The position numbers and the translations under genes are program-made. Below are positions 13,462-27,085 of a stretch of DNA of 64,000 nt, one piece after another. How positions within the stretch are numbered: position 1 is the stretch's first letter; the number at the start of each line of letters is the position of its first letter. Location of the stretch: positions 124,001 through 188,000 of the forward strand of contig JALDTO010000164.1 of assembly GCA_023515725.1 (NCBI GenBank). Direction: 5' to 3'. Below the pieces are notes generated by a model. The model did no database searches, had not been told where the DNA came from, and saw only the letters and a list, made by a program, of their open reading frames with translations. Source of the stretch: Amoeboaphelidium protococcarum X5. Lineage: Eukaryota > Fungi > Aphelidiomycota.

Positions 13462-14040
13462 ATGAACGCGTCAAAATTGAATTGGAATTAGTATTTTAGA
13501 TTAAAAAAGTAGCGGAATAGATTTAGGCCTATGGTGGGTATTCCGTCCTTTGCATTGGGTACTGGGGCAGTTGTGGGACTATATCCATTTAATCCAACGA
13601 CCCCTATTGTGGGTATTGATCCTGCGCTCATGGTAATGTTTGGTGCAATCGGTGCCGGTATCGCCTCGTATCAGCTGGGTGGAGCTTTATCAAGTTCGCT
13701 GTGGAGATGGTGGAATAGACGGCTGGTGTCGTAGTATGACAAGATGGATAAGGATTTCTTTGGTAGGATCAAAACTTATCGTGCTGAACGCGCATAATCG
13801 CCGTATTTGACCACTATGGAAGGTACAACCAATGTCCTCAAATCGGGACTCAAGAATATCAAAAGCGGTAAAGACGCCACAACTTCTGAGCGTATGGCTG
13901 CCGATTACTATGGCGAGAGAGTGTCTAGTGTCAGCGGGTACAGGTAGTGGTTGCTTTAGCATCATAAATGGAACAAGGAGCACTTGGGTGAATAGGCTGC
14001 CAAGATTCGTGGTGTCAAATTTAATGAGCCTTTGAAGTGA
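13462..14040 (+). CDS. PAM17: Mitochondrial import motor subunit Pam17
   Basis: LNWNQYFRLKKQR, two TM segments, GIDP, DYYGERVSSVSGYRQWL. The true start may lie upstream. Confidence 0.85.
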
Positions 14041-14308
14041 TTATATTTGGTACTATTTAATAGATTTGGTAAATATGAATTATACATCTTTTTTAAGTGC
14101 AGTATATTTCAATTTCGTCGATGTCAGTGAATTCTACTGAACAACATTGCGAATGAAAGTAATCCAGCATCACGCTTTGTCATCGTGTGGGATAGGCATA
14201 GAATTGCCAGTGTTGCAAGACAGTTGATTTACCAAGTACAATATATTTATCAATTCATCATTAAATTATATTTCAAGTATTCAACATCGAAACTTCAGTG
14301 ATATACTA

Positions 14309-16435
14309 TCAAGGTCGACCTTAATACTACGACATATCAACGCCTTGAGTCAATTGGGCTTTCATGTCATTAAATGCCTTGCGATCTTCACCTGTCATTT
14401 GATTGTTGGTCAATCGGTTTGTGAATTCAGGTCCAAGCTGAGCAGCTACAAATCCATTTACACCAAACTCGCTTATTGCATGAGCTGTAGCACTATTAGA
14501 CAGAGCCTGACCAGCAGGAGTCTATTCATTCATCTTGTCCATTTCTTGTTGAGAATAGCCAAGATCTTTAAGCATATCAGAATTCAAACGTTATGGCCCA
14601 ACTTATGCCGTCATTGTGCTTGGTTATGCTCCTGCAGCAGGTTGACCTGGAGGGGCGGCACCTGGAGCCTACTATGGGCCAGCTTAATTCATCTGAAATG
14701 CATTATCCGCCATTGACTTGACCGCAGGATTGGCATTCTGAAAGAAGTTCTAAGACCCTACTGCAGGCTGAGGAGCTTAAGTTTCAGCATTCCTTTAGTT
14801 TACAATACTAGGAGGGGCAACAATTCTTGAGATCTCAGGACGAGGTGGAGGCACCCTTTCCGTGAGTTAGGACTTGAGAGCATCGAATTTTTGCCTCTCT
14901 TCCGATGACATTGTACCAGCCTGGAAATTTTTGTACGTCGCAGGACCAAGTTACTACGCAACGAATCCATCCCTACCATAGGTCTTAAGAGCCTCAGCAG
15001 CAGCACTTGCTGCCAACTTCTAGCCTTCTGGAGTAGCTGAATTCATTTTGTTCATATCCTCCGGACTATATCCCATTTCATTGAGCATACTTTAACTCAG
15101 TCTGTACGGACCGTACTCGACTTTTACTGAGTCGGGAGGAGCTTGAGCTGCAAGTTTCTACTATTCAGCAGTGTTAGGCATATTTTTGCCTTATTCAGAC
15201 ATAGTGTATTTAGTGTTGCTCAACATCAATAACTCAGGAGCTCCTGTAGATTAGGTAAAATCCATAGCTGCGGGACCGGTTACTTCTCCTTATTGTGGAT
15301 TGCCATTGGCAGTTTGTGCTGTAGGAGCTTAACCAGTGGTAGCCACGTCTTAACCAGCTGGTACAGACTATTAAGCAACTGCAGGTGGAGCCTCTTCCGG
15401 AGCAGCAGCCGGCTGTGCACCAGGCTGTGGTGCAGAAACAGGTGCCTAAGGAGCAGGAGCAGCTGGTTGTGCACCAGTTTATGGTGCAGCAACAGACGGA
15501 GCCTGAGGAGCAGCTGCTGAAGATTAAGCACTACCTGGCAGAGAGGCCGGAGCTTCCTATGCATCAGAAGGACCATTTACACCCTATGGCTGAGAAGGAC
15601 CTGGAGGAGGAGTAGGATTACCAGCTGACGGTGCTTAAGGTGCACCGCCCTGACCAACGGGTTGTTATCCAACTCCTTATTGAGTAGTAGACTGTTAGGA
15701 AACTGATGAATCAGATACTGGTTATTACTGTTAAGCTGCTCGAGAAGCTCCATCGACAGGACCGCCTTAAGGCGCACCAGAAACAGCACCACGCTAAGCC
15801 GCATCCGTTTAGCCAGTTACGCCGCGATCCGCTTACCTTGACTAAGATTACACAGAATCACTCGCTTTTTAAGCCATGCTAGCTTATTATTACTGCTACG
15901 AAGACATGGATCCTGCCTGAGGAGCAGTGGGTCCAGAGGAACCTTATTACCTAATCTTTTGCCTTTCAGAATCTTTGGCAGCATCTGAAGCTTTCGTATC
16001 AGATGGGGTGCTTGCTTTTTTCGGACCGTTGACAGCTTCCTTAGATTTTGCAGGAGCTGCAGGTTCACCACTATTAGAGCTAGACTTAGGAGGACCAGAA
16101 GCGCTTGCTTTAGAAGGACCTGGTGAGCCTTGACTAATAGAAGCCTTGGATTCTCTGGGTTAAGTGGACTTTTCAGGTTTTGGATTAGCACCTGCAGGCT
16201 TTGCATTGGCGCCAGAAGATTTCGCGTTGGATCCAGCTGCCCCACCTTTAGGACCAGCGGATGCTCCAGACTTGCTACCACCGCTACCAGCACCAACTTC
16301 CCTTTTAAATATCTCAACGCGCTTAGCTCCATCACTTGGCAGAATTTCACGCACTGGATATGAATTGGACATCAGAATGCAGAATAGAAACCAAACAGAA
16401 ACCACTTACACCAATATTTAACTACGATTATACAT
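14309..16435 (-). CDS. Large secreted repeat protein, copy B (~708 aa), inverted paralog of 3564-5624
   Basis: Near-identical signal/pro region (YPVREILPSDGAKRVEIFKRE) and C-terminus (GVDMSQYQGRP*). Open 709 codons in code 6. Confidence 0.85.
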
Positions 16436-17090
16436 TGCGACCAAATACTATAAACAGAACACAATAGATTAAATGTTGTAGCAGAAAATGAAAGACATCG
16501 CACCACGATTCTAATGATACGCGTTCGATTCATGTTACAACAGCTTACACTTGTGTCAGAACACAAGCCAATCGGAGGCAGTTAGCATCGCACAAGCTGA
16601 CCCACGCCTAGAACAGTATGATCACACTCATACGGACAAAAAAGTATAATGTTAAAACAGAGAAATTCTAATATAAACTATTAACTATATGCAGGCTTTA
16701 ATATAAATATTATGGTATGCAATATTTCAATAATTACAAAACAATTAACAGTAAAACTGAGAGCAATTACACGGAGGTGCAACCAAGCTCATTGAACAAG
16801 AGTGGATCCAGTGCCAGAGTGGCCTGTGCACAAAGACACAAAGGTGATTACGCGAGTTGGTACACAAATTAATATTTGTAATTTGAAATCAAAATAGGAC
16901 TAGATATAGAGAGATATTGAAACGTTATGATAAATTCGACTCAATAAATAATTTACAATCATTTAAAGTTTCATGTCTTTTGTGAGTGAAAGTTTAAACA
17001 TGGCGTCTACTCAACGCTTATTTTTTTACATTTTGTGTTTATTTGGTTGCGATATTTGCCTTAGAAGGATATTATAACCATTTTGGTATC

Positions 17091-17891
17091 ATGAAGTGTA
17101 TATTAGGAGATTCGCCGGCTGACCAAGTTGTTTAAGCCATCTTGGATTTTATTTACGCCTATTTGGACTATCCAAATGTTGAGATTGAAGCCAGATTTGG
17201 CGTATTGATTGACAGACGGACGCGTCAACGATTGCGACTGCCCATCGTGAATGAGGCCGTGTTGGATGATGAGATGAGCTAGGACATTAAGTTTGAATCT
17301 AACATGCAGCTGGATCTTCATAAATAGTTTAATTAATTGCTTAACAAACGCGTCACTGAGACTTAGAAGGCTTTCACTGATTCTGGGGATGCTGATGCTG
17401 ATAGCGGTGACAAATAAGACCTTCGAGTCAAATACAAGCACTTGAGAGAGATTGATGAAGTGTATCAAATCGCAGGCAACAATAAGGTTCGCGTGACAAA
17501 AGACAAAGCCACGGGGAAAGTGCTTAAGACTATTAAAAAGTAAAAGATTGATCAGATGCATATTCATGTACCATACTCTTAGTTCGATGTTAGAATAGCA
17601 GTCGCTACTGAAGACGCTGCTCAGCTACCTGAAAATGCATCTTCTCTCCGCGCAGAGTCTGTTCGTTAGAAAGATCGTCTCTCTTATGTCTATGGAGATG
17701 TCCAAGTTGATTTAACTCAAGTCACCAGTGATCAAGGACTTTTGCACGAACTGGAGATGGAAATGTTGAATGTTGATTACCTGCAGAGTTAGAAGGCACT
17801 GCGCGATAAATCTGAGCCTAATCAATTGTTTTCAAAGGTGCATACCTTCTATGAGAACATTCGGTCCATTTGCGCGGCTGCTCCTAATTGA
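17091..17891 (+). CDS. CET1: mRNA-capping RNA 5'-triphosphatase, Cet1/TTM type (~266 aa)
   Basis: VEIEARFGVLID, RLRLPI.NEAVL, FESNM, KVRVT, FDVRIAVATE, RQKDRLSY, VDLTQV, HELEME. Confidence 0.88.
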
Positions 17892-17976
17892 ACTTTAAAG
17901 CATTTACGAGTCACTATGTAACTGGTGGAGAAACAATTTCGGGTAATGTATTATTTACATTGTATTGCAATTGATC

Positions 17977-20166
17977 TCATTTTTGCGGTACCTTTTCAGT
18001 GGAAGTCATGGCTATATTCTGCTTGAAAAAGAACACATCGTCAGCTTCACTGTCACTCACCTCTTTCCACTACAGCCAATCGTCTGGGTCACTCTCAGTT
18101 GCCGGTGTCTTGCTCAGGTTATCCACACTAGCCTCGAAACTCTCTAGCGACTCCTTAACGGCGCGATTCTCAACTAGCATCAGCTTGCGTAATTTAACAC
18201 GTCCATACAGGCGGCTCTTTTCAAATTTGTCACCAAACACGGTCGGTCCAAGTTCATCGACCAGAGTGACAATGTCCTTCTGAAGCTCGGATCTCATTCT
18301 GCGCAACTCCAGCAGCTATTTTAGACCTTTCTGCGACGACAGCGACAGATAAAGTGGCTTGATGGACTTCATGATGTCAACTGCACTCTCGCCGTATATG
18401 ATCGCAGCATACGAGATCAATGGCAGAGCATTCATAGTCAATACGAAAGACCAAAATGGAGAGCTCAATGGAAACAATCCGCCGGTGTAATAGGATATCA
18501 AAGCAGCCCCAATAGAGTAGAGTACATAAATCGCCGGCACCATGACCAGAGCCACCATCAACTTCCAAGTTGCGAGAACATCATTTCCAGCAATCTTTAC
18601 AGTGGATGCAGCCAATGCTTCCTCAGCTTTAATGGCAGAGATGTACTCGGCAACGAACACTATTGGCAGATTGAATAGTACACCTGGCATAGCAATTATA
18701 GAAAGAAATGCCAACTTGGCGGATCTTATAATCAAAAGACGAGCCTGATGAACATAAAATGCTGCATAGTCCATAGGCACATTCTGATACCCTGCATACA
18801 CGAGTGGTGAGGCAATGTCAGACACTTGGTGATCTTTCAGACCCAAATTCTTCAACTGCTAGTTATAAAGTAAAACTTGTCTAGATACACGCTTCACCTC
18901 TGGGTGATCCTGCATCTTGATATATCCCTCGGCGAATCGTCTAGTCAATTCCAACTTTTGATGAGCAGTCAGTTCAATACTCTTTTCAGTAGCATAAATG
19001 TTATAATCCGCCTATTCCATATCACTGGAAGCACTAGACTAGGTGCTTGTAACTACAGAGGCCTAATGTTATAACTGCTAATCAGAAGCAGTGGCGGATG
19101 GTGACCAAGTGTATAGGCGTCTTGCTGCTTGAATAACTTGTAATGCCTCCCAAGATGGAGCATTGACAGTGACACTTCTCAGGCTATTGTAAATGATCTA
19201 CATCAGAGCCTAGCAAGCCTCCTTCTTTATGTTCTTTCCCTCAGCACCTCCCTTAGATGCACCGCTTTTGTACAAAGATATCAAGTCGGACGGTACAGTC
19301 AGCGGCTTTCCAAACTCTATGACTGCTCGAGATCTGAACTGATGAGGATGAAAGTAATGCAACCCACATGGCACAATCTTCACATCAATATCTGCATTGT
19401 CAGCCATTGCACCTAGAGCCATTGAGCTTACGCCAGCCTTAAGTGGAAGCATCTCAGCTCTATCGTGACTGCCACCTTCAGGAAAAATACCAATACATTC
19501 ACCTTTATTCAATCGATCGTGAACTGCAGAATAGACTTGACTCTGATCAAGATGAGGCATAGTTTTAAAGGATAGCCCACCAGACGAGGATTTGGGGCCA
19601 TCATCATTGTTGTTAGTCACAATTGAACACTTTTGCAGCTTCTCTACCATCTTCGAGTCAAATGGGCGTACCAATTCAAGCTCGGTGTCACTTAGAACAG
19701 CAGCAATTTCCGCAGCTTTACCGTCAATTACAATGGACTCGGAAGGTTTCAATTCTTGAGTAAACTTTGTACCCAATCCATAGACGTGCTTCAACTTTGC
19801 CTCCGCATCTTGAGAATCGCCACTAGCAATGTCACAGGGCAGCATATAAATCCTACCTGTGCACTTTTTAGCATAATCTTGAGGTCGCGCCACCGGGATA
19901 GCATTAAGAGCTCGAGCCAAATTGCCAATGTACTTTCTATCGCAAGTCTTCTTCGCAGCAAGAAATCCAATACGCCTAGGAGAATGCTTCAGAACCACCC
20001 ATGGATCGACAAACTGGTTCGCGTGAGGTGCAATGACAAAGATAACCGGACCTTCTTTCGGAATTAAATGGGAGCCTCTACTGTTTATCTCTCGAAAGAA
20101 AATACCAATAATTCTGGTAAATAGAAACACTGTAAAGTCGTACACCAAATTTTTAAAATCTAACAT
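17977..20166 (-). CDS. SCT1: Glycerol-3-phosphate/DHAP acyltransferase, Sct1/Gpt2 family (~729 aa)
   Basis: APHANQFVDP, IPVARPQD, IFPEGGSHDR, LPLKAG, VPCGLHYFHPHQFRSRAVIEFG, STVKIAGNDVLATWK. Confidence 0.93.
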
Positions 20167-20344
20167 AATGATTAGATTGTTGATGCGGAGTAGCTTTCCT
20201 AATGAGAATGAATTGAAATGGCGAAAGCGCATCGAGTCGCTTTGATTTTTGAAGATTGTGCTAGCGGTAATTGAAACGCGCCCCTTACTGTTCGTTCTTC
20301 ATTTATAAGCTAAAAACGAAGGTGTAAACGCGTCTAAAATCTAA

Positions 20345-21790
20345 ATGAATGTCCTGGATCTGTTACAGTATTAATTGCCAGGTACATTATAACTTTCTAT
20401 CAATAAATCTGCGTCTCCAACCACCTACCAGAAGTATCCTTGTGTTCTGAATAATATAAAACTGACTAATTGGGACTCTTTTGATGAGGATATTATTGAT
20501 CCGTTCAAAGAGTTTGTGGCTGACAAGTTGCAGTTGAAATGCAACGGCCTATTGCTTGATGGGTGTGAATCTGCTGTAAATGAAAAAGAAATTACGTATT
20601 ACCTAATGCAATGCTGTTTCCAAAATGCGAATCAATTAGCTAAAGCTTTGAAACTGAATGTAAAACTGGGTTTCGCAAGGAAAAACGTCGCCCTGAATCC
20701 TGATTTGGTATTGTATCGCATACCTACAGATGACAAAGATATGGAAGAGACGCCGTTGATGACGGTCGAGGTTAAAACAAGCTGGGCTCTGGATGTAGAA
20801 GACAATCTGGTGGCAATTGCAAATGATGACAAGGACAAAATGTGCAACAAAGTGCGACGTGTAATTTCTCAAGAATACGTATATATGAGCGTCAATTGCC
20901 ATCTATACGGGATGATCTGCACTGACAAGTAGTTTTTCTTTCTGCGACGAGGTGATCCATCTGAGTAAAAGCCAAATCAGCTGCTGATCAGTAGGGCAGT
21001 TTATGTTGATAAGGTCACTCCTTATAATGTTATCACTGCAGTAACTGCTATGTATCTCGAATGCTCCAATAACTAATACCTATACTCGTCTCCGTACAGT
21101 ACTCCTCCATTTAGTCCGACTAGTATGGACTTTGATCCTGCCAACAGAATTGAAATTCCCTTGCACACCCTGTATTTCGATGCGGTATTTGACGGTAGCC
21201 AGTAGTTTTCAGTAATAAGAGCTGGATTCCGGCAGCCATTAAATACTGTCTTGAAGATGGTTGACACGAGTAAGGATATGATGCCCTATGAAATGAAGTC
21301 AAATTAAAGTGAACCGGATGCGGCCACTGCTTAAATCGATGTTGACAGTTAGACATTGGGACAGGTATAATTGAAAGGTCCACGCTTGATGTCAATGGAA
21401 AAAGAGCATCAGTGTTATCTCCGCTTGAAGAAATTCTGGGGCGAATATCTTCCAACTTTACATGCGCGTTTATCTTTGGACAACTGGATTGAGTGCATTA
21501 TGATTGATCAATTGGAGGTGGCAACTCATTAGGACATAGTTGAACAACAAGATCATCTGCGCTCTGCCCTGAAATCCTTCCACGAGAACGGTATTGCCCA
21601 CAATGATGTTGCTGAGAGAAATATAATGAGAGATAAAGCAGGTAAAGTCATGTTTATCGACTTTGCATATGCGCGTTTGATTACAGATGGTTCTGAAAAG
21701 TTTCAGCGTGGTTGCAACAGGGATCTATCGAAATTGGAGAAGATCATTAAAGGGGAACAAATTGATGACAGTGAAGACGAAAGCTGGTGA
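20345..21790 (+). CDS. PD-(D/E)xK REase plus kinase-like fusion (Crinkler-type effector module, ~481 aa)
   Basis: NPDLVL...TVEVKTSW...SQEYVYM...YGMICTDK.FFFLRR (REase fold), followed by VLK, EKE..CYLRL, HNDVAERNI and MFIDFA (kinase). Confidence 0.8.
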
Positions 21791-22082
21791 TACCGCAGAT
21801 TGTGATCAGGTGAAGGCGATGCAGTTACGAAGTAGCATTGAGTAGAATCAAAGCTAACGTTATTGGTATTTTTCCTATACTTTTACTTTATCTGTTAAAA
21901 GTTTATTTTCTACTCAGCTTTTCATATTTTTTTAACATGCTGCACCGCGACCTTTGATGCAACTCCGTATCAGATGATGATCGTCACCCTTAAAACGCTT
22001 TTTGCTACATACCGGTATATGAAATCAATTGACACTCTATTCTTTTTAAGCTTACAGAACAGTATCAAATAAAATACATAAA

Positions 22083-22907
22083 ATGAAGATTCTCAAGATT
22101 GCTTTGTAATTTGCTATAATCAAGCTGGCTCTTGGTGCGCCTGTTGAAGAGGTTCATCTGAAAAAGAGAATCGTCGGTGCTATTGTTGCAGCTACGTCTG
22201 CCCGCCCGCCTAGCCCGCCCGTAAATCGCCCTCCATCTCCTCCTTCATAGTATGAGTTGTATATGTATAAAACTGTTTAGAATGCCTCTGCCATTGCGGC
22301 TGAATATCAGGTAATAGAGAATCCACAGGCTCCTGTCGCTGAATTTACGTCTGGTGCTGTTCTTGACGCGTCAATCGACGCGACTATCATTAACAACACC
22401 CAGGTCCTACCTCTCTATGGATAGTTTAAGAGTATTGCTAGACCGAGCTTCTTTTCAAAAAGCGAGTATCTGAACTACTACGGCGCGGACGGCCAATCTA
22501 GCAGTGGAGACTATAGTTCATTCGACTACTCTTATAACGTGCAATCGATTGCTGCTGTATTCGCTCAATTCTTTAAGGACTCCCAATTTGTGGCAACTTC
22601 TATTAGCTATACAACTCTTCAAACAAACATATTTCAGACGCCGTACTTGTATGTCTCTGGTAAAGAAGTGGGAGTGCTGATTAATGATAATGGAGTTGTG
22701 AAGGTGATTGTTCGCGGCCCATGTGACATTTGGGGATCGAGTACCAGAGCAATTAAGCATAAGACGCAAGTAAACTGGCGTGATGGATCCGATATTGCGG
22801 CTTATGCATGTGCACTTTACAATAATGCATACCTCGCCTCTAATCCTGCTCTCGTTGGCAGTGGCTACATACCTGCTTCAATATTCCTAAACTCAACAAA
22901 AGTTTGA
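22083..22907 (+). CDS. Secreted hypothetical protein (~274 aa)
   Basis: Signal peptide MKILKIALQFAIIKLALG-AP, propeptide ending LKKR, Pro-rich RPPSPP repeat, ends at TGA. Confidence 0.75.
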
Positions 22908-23497
22908 GTTTCTCTCAACAATCGAGAGAAGATCAGTTGCAACTTTTGCTTAAATGATACCCGCTTTTATTCTATGGCTATATCGAGTTTTGAAGAAAGT
23001 TAAATAAAAATGGTAATAGAGATTCTTTATTCTAGAGGTACAAGTTTGTCCGTTTAAAGTGACAGTAGTTTATAAGCTTTATCTTCGTTAACAGCATATC
23101 AGCTCTGCTTTCATTGTACCATGACCATTGTTTAGCTAATTCTGTTCCTATCGCATCTACCTTGCGCATCTCATTACAATAACAATCTTAAAATCGCCGA
23201 AAGATAAGCTAGATGCTGATATCAGGACCTCCTGAGATGACGCCTTATGCACGTTGATCCATTTTGATAAATCTCAGCTAACAAATCATCATTGCTGAGA
23301 AGGTGACAATAGTCATTGCACTTAGTGAAACAGATCACTGCATTATACAGTGGTACGCGGTCGGCATTTGGAACCACGTGGTGTTTATAATCACCTAAAG
23401 TTTTGATTATCAGAGCAAATTTATTATGGCTCATCCTCTTCTTTTATAAAATATTACTTCACTTTATAAAATTTGATTAATTTTATAATATTGCATC

Positions 23498-24184
23498 ATG
23501 TTGTTCAGTAGTACTTTGTTGTTGGCGGCATTCAGCAGTCTATACCACTCACTGCCTCATACCGACCAGGTGATTCTACAAGAATAAAACTCCTCTGGTG
23601 CTGCAGTTACTCCGTATGGTTATGCTCAAAAATTCTATGGCGTGCTTGCTCATACAAAGCAGAAGGGAGATATCATGTAGGTACAAAGCGAAATGCGTTG
23701 GTATGATTATCCAAAAAAATCTCTGCTGAATCAGTGCTCTATTGAGGGTGTCACGTCGTGCACGCTCTTCAAGGGAAAGTCAATCTATATCTTCAACAAA
23801 ATCGCGCAACAATGTATCAAATTAGATTCACCTTTCCCTATTATCAGTCCTACTTGGATATTGGATGGTGAGTATAAAGGTTTAGAATTTGTGAATGGTG
23901 TCTTATCTCACCGTTGGGATAAAATGGACCATTTCTACTATGAGTCTGTGGTTGAGAGAAAGTTGACGCGTGTATTTGCCCCATTGGATCAGAATGGTTT
24001 CTCAGCTCAGCACGACTATGTCATTTATGAGCCTCAGGAATCAATTGACGAGCGTGTTTTTGAAGTTCCCGCCTTCTGTCAGGATGATCAGCGCAAGGAA
24101 GTACCGGAAGAGCAGAAACACGAGCTGTTTCCTTGTTACTTTAACGAATAATAGCAATCTGAGTTGGCACTGGCTCGTCTATGA
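23498..24184 (+). CDS. Secreted ependymin-related/LolA-fold-like protein (~228 aa)
   Basis: Signal peptide; WYDYP, QQC, ISPTWI, YKGLEFVNGV..HRW, FEVPAFC resemble the EPDR-type pattern. Confidence 0.6.
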
Positions 24185-24411
24185 TACATGAATATTGAAA
24201 TTAATAATTAATTGGCTATTTTTTCGTTATTTTTGGCTTTATTGTTTAGTTAATAGACGCCTGATTAGAGGCTTGAATATAAAAATACACAATTAAGAAT
24301 GTTGTGTGGGAGTGAAGAGGCTATTTTTATACTTGGCAATTTAATCTATTCCACATCTGAAATCTTTTAATTTAACTACACACTTAAAAAGCACTATTTG
24401 GATAGCATAAA

Positions 24412-26943
24412 ATGTTTTTAAAGTTGAAGAATACTGTGAATAAAAGGTAAAAGAAGGAGGAGAAAGAGGTGTCGATAACTGGGCCGTTACATCTGCAGCC
24501 TCTGAGAGAGGGCGAGTTGGCTGAAATTGTGCGCGCAGCCTAAAGGCTGTAGATGCAGAGTGAGAATGCTTCATCCCATGAGGACTTGGCCTATTTGAGT
24601 GAGAAAGCACCGAGTACCGATGTCAATGATCCTATACGAGAGTTGTCGCTGTTGAATGATGAGCTGTACTCTCTCGATATCACTGCATATACGTCACTCA
24701 GACTGTTACTTGAAACAAAGCTTGGTCGGGGAGCTCATGTTTCAGGCGCAGAAATGAAAAAGTTCAATCAAAGTGCTCAAGAGGTTGCGGTAAAGTATTA
24801 GTAGTTTAATGAAATTATATCAGAGTGCTTGAAGAACAAGTTTAGGAGTAATGCTGTCGAACTGTCTCCAACTAGCACGATTGTCGCTGATCAAGATGGC
24901 AATGAGCAGAGTTACCAACCCACGAGCATATTGATGCAGTAATCATTATCTTCTGATTTGTCATCTGGTGTACAATCGGATGTTACTCAGAGTCATACCT
25001 TAGATTTGCCTACTGCGCCAACTCTGGTGTAACAAAGCCCTTAGCCAGCATTTGACCAGGCTGAAGCTCTTCTTAAGGCCAAGAAGTTGTAGAAAGATAT
25101 GGTCCAGCTGATTAATCAAGTCCAGGATGCCATATAGACTCATAGGTCCAAGATTAATCCGTAGGCTATAATTAACGCACAAACTGAAATTGGCAACACT
25201 CAAAAGTTCTTTGTCAGATCAAAGTATAAGGAGATGGTTAAAGGCTGTGGGCCTGCTAGAAGTGCTCACACTGGAATCATAGCCTGGGCTGGTACCAAGG
25301 ATCCTGGAGATTGTTGGATGAATGATCTTTTGCAAGCTTATCTCCGTCACTCGATACCGCGTCATTTCATGGAATCCATACCAGTAAAGAGAATATTGAA
25401 AGCCAAGTAGGCTGGGCAGTAATCTAACGAAGGTAATATTGCTGAAATAGCGCTTCAGTTGGCTGAAGATACTTTCAAAGAGGAAGATATGCGTAAAAGA
25501 GTGGATCTCATTTAGACCAAAATGTACCTTCCTCAAACTTTGGATGTCATTGAATTACAAGATCTATTTTATTGGATGAATGAAGCTACTATGCGCCCGT
25601 TACCATCATCTCATACTGTAGCTAGTGCCAATCTGGTAGAAGACGCGATTCAAAAGATGGGAGGCTGGAATTTGTATGAAGTATTTTGTGTCAATTGGTT
25701 AAGGTAATTCTATGTTGATCAAGGTAAGACCACTATTGCGTATCCTATACCTGGTTGTCGCCCTATTACTCATGAATCAGATTCTACTCATAATTAGTCG
25801 TTTGCCAGTACTCCATGCAACTTATCTCTGGCTGATCTTCTTGCTCCTGCCGCAGCTACAACTCAGGCACTAGCTGATTTTAATGTCAGTCCATATGAGA
25901 GAATTGCATCGAATTCTGATTAGAAGTATTGGAACTACATTTGGAAGTAGACATACAAAGAGCTATTAATGTTGCATAAGACTCTGTAAGAAGAAATGCT
26001 GCACGATGAGGCTGCATTGAGAAGTTATATTGCCACAGTCAATGAATCTGGTATTATTCAAAATGGAAAGTACGACGATTACGGTATTGTCGACGAATTT
26101 TAGTACGATGAATCAATGTCGAAGCAACAGAAGAAGATGCTACATCCTAAATTGATCCTGTTGAGAGAGAAGTCTATAGTGCTGAATATTTGTTCACGTC
26201 CAGAGTTTTACGGACTGATGGATAGAGTTGATAAGGAGCTCCGTTGTTAGACTGGCCTCCTAGTGGGCGAAGATTGCGCGTAATGTGGTGTTGTGCCGTC
26301 CGTGCCATCAGAGTCTAGCGCGTAGTCCAGCCAAGTTCTTACCACTGACAAGAGTGGTACTGAGGGTCAAGATTTCAAGAAGGGCCACAAGAAAGCTGCT
26401 TCGACTGGCGTGTTTGAATCTGCAGGTAAACTGTTTGGCATCAAGAAGAAGTCTGATCAAGCATCGCCATCCCAAGATCAGGCGAAGAAGAATGGAACTT
26501 TACCATTTCCATAGCGCGGTCGATCGTCTGCTCTCAGTGGCGGCGGTCCTGAAGATTCTCCTGCCGGGTCTCGTAAGAGCGCCGTTGCTAGAGTGCAGGT
26601 GAACGAAATGGGGTAGAATAAGCGCTCTATGTCTGCACCGGCTACTCCAAATTTCAAAGATTCCGATCCTGACGTTATGGATTTCTCTGAGCTCAAAATA
26701 TTGAGTGAGGAAATTCTGCAGTTTCCCGTGTTGCCCGATGTATCTCTTATGAAGGAGGTGCACCCGTTGTCTGAGAAAATTGTCAAGTACTACCTTACAG
26801 AGGAACTACCTGCCAAGTATCAAAGCGTGTATTAAACGAACTACCATTTCCTTACTCGTGCTCTCTTAATTTCGCTTACTCTTTGTTTTGGTCTTGGTTG
26901 TTACAGCTAGTACAGATGCGGTTACATAACAATTACAGTATGA
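24412..26943 (+). CDS. Large hypothetical protein (~840 aa); 3' end uncertain, possible terminal intron
   Basis: Continuous code-6 frame from ATG 24412 to TGA 26941 that joins the track ORFs at 24553, 25522 and 26629. No family recognised. Confidence 0.7.
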
Positions 26944-27085
26944 AACATCGTGCTCAATAGAAGCACCGGATTGGACAGCGAGACAATTAATCCAATCGAT
27001 GCACGGTAACACTTCACACTATCTGATCATCTTATTCTTTCATTTCTGATTTTCTATTATCGACAAAGTAAAACAAAATAGTAAT

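Noticed and set aside
23222-23434. 70-aa minus-strand ORF
   Set aside because: Short, without motifs, and within chance expectation for a one-stop code.
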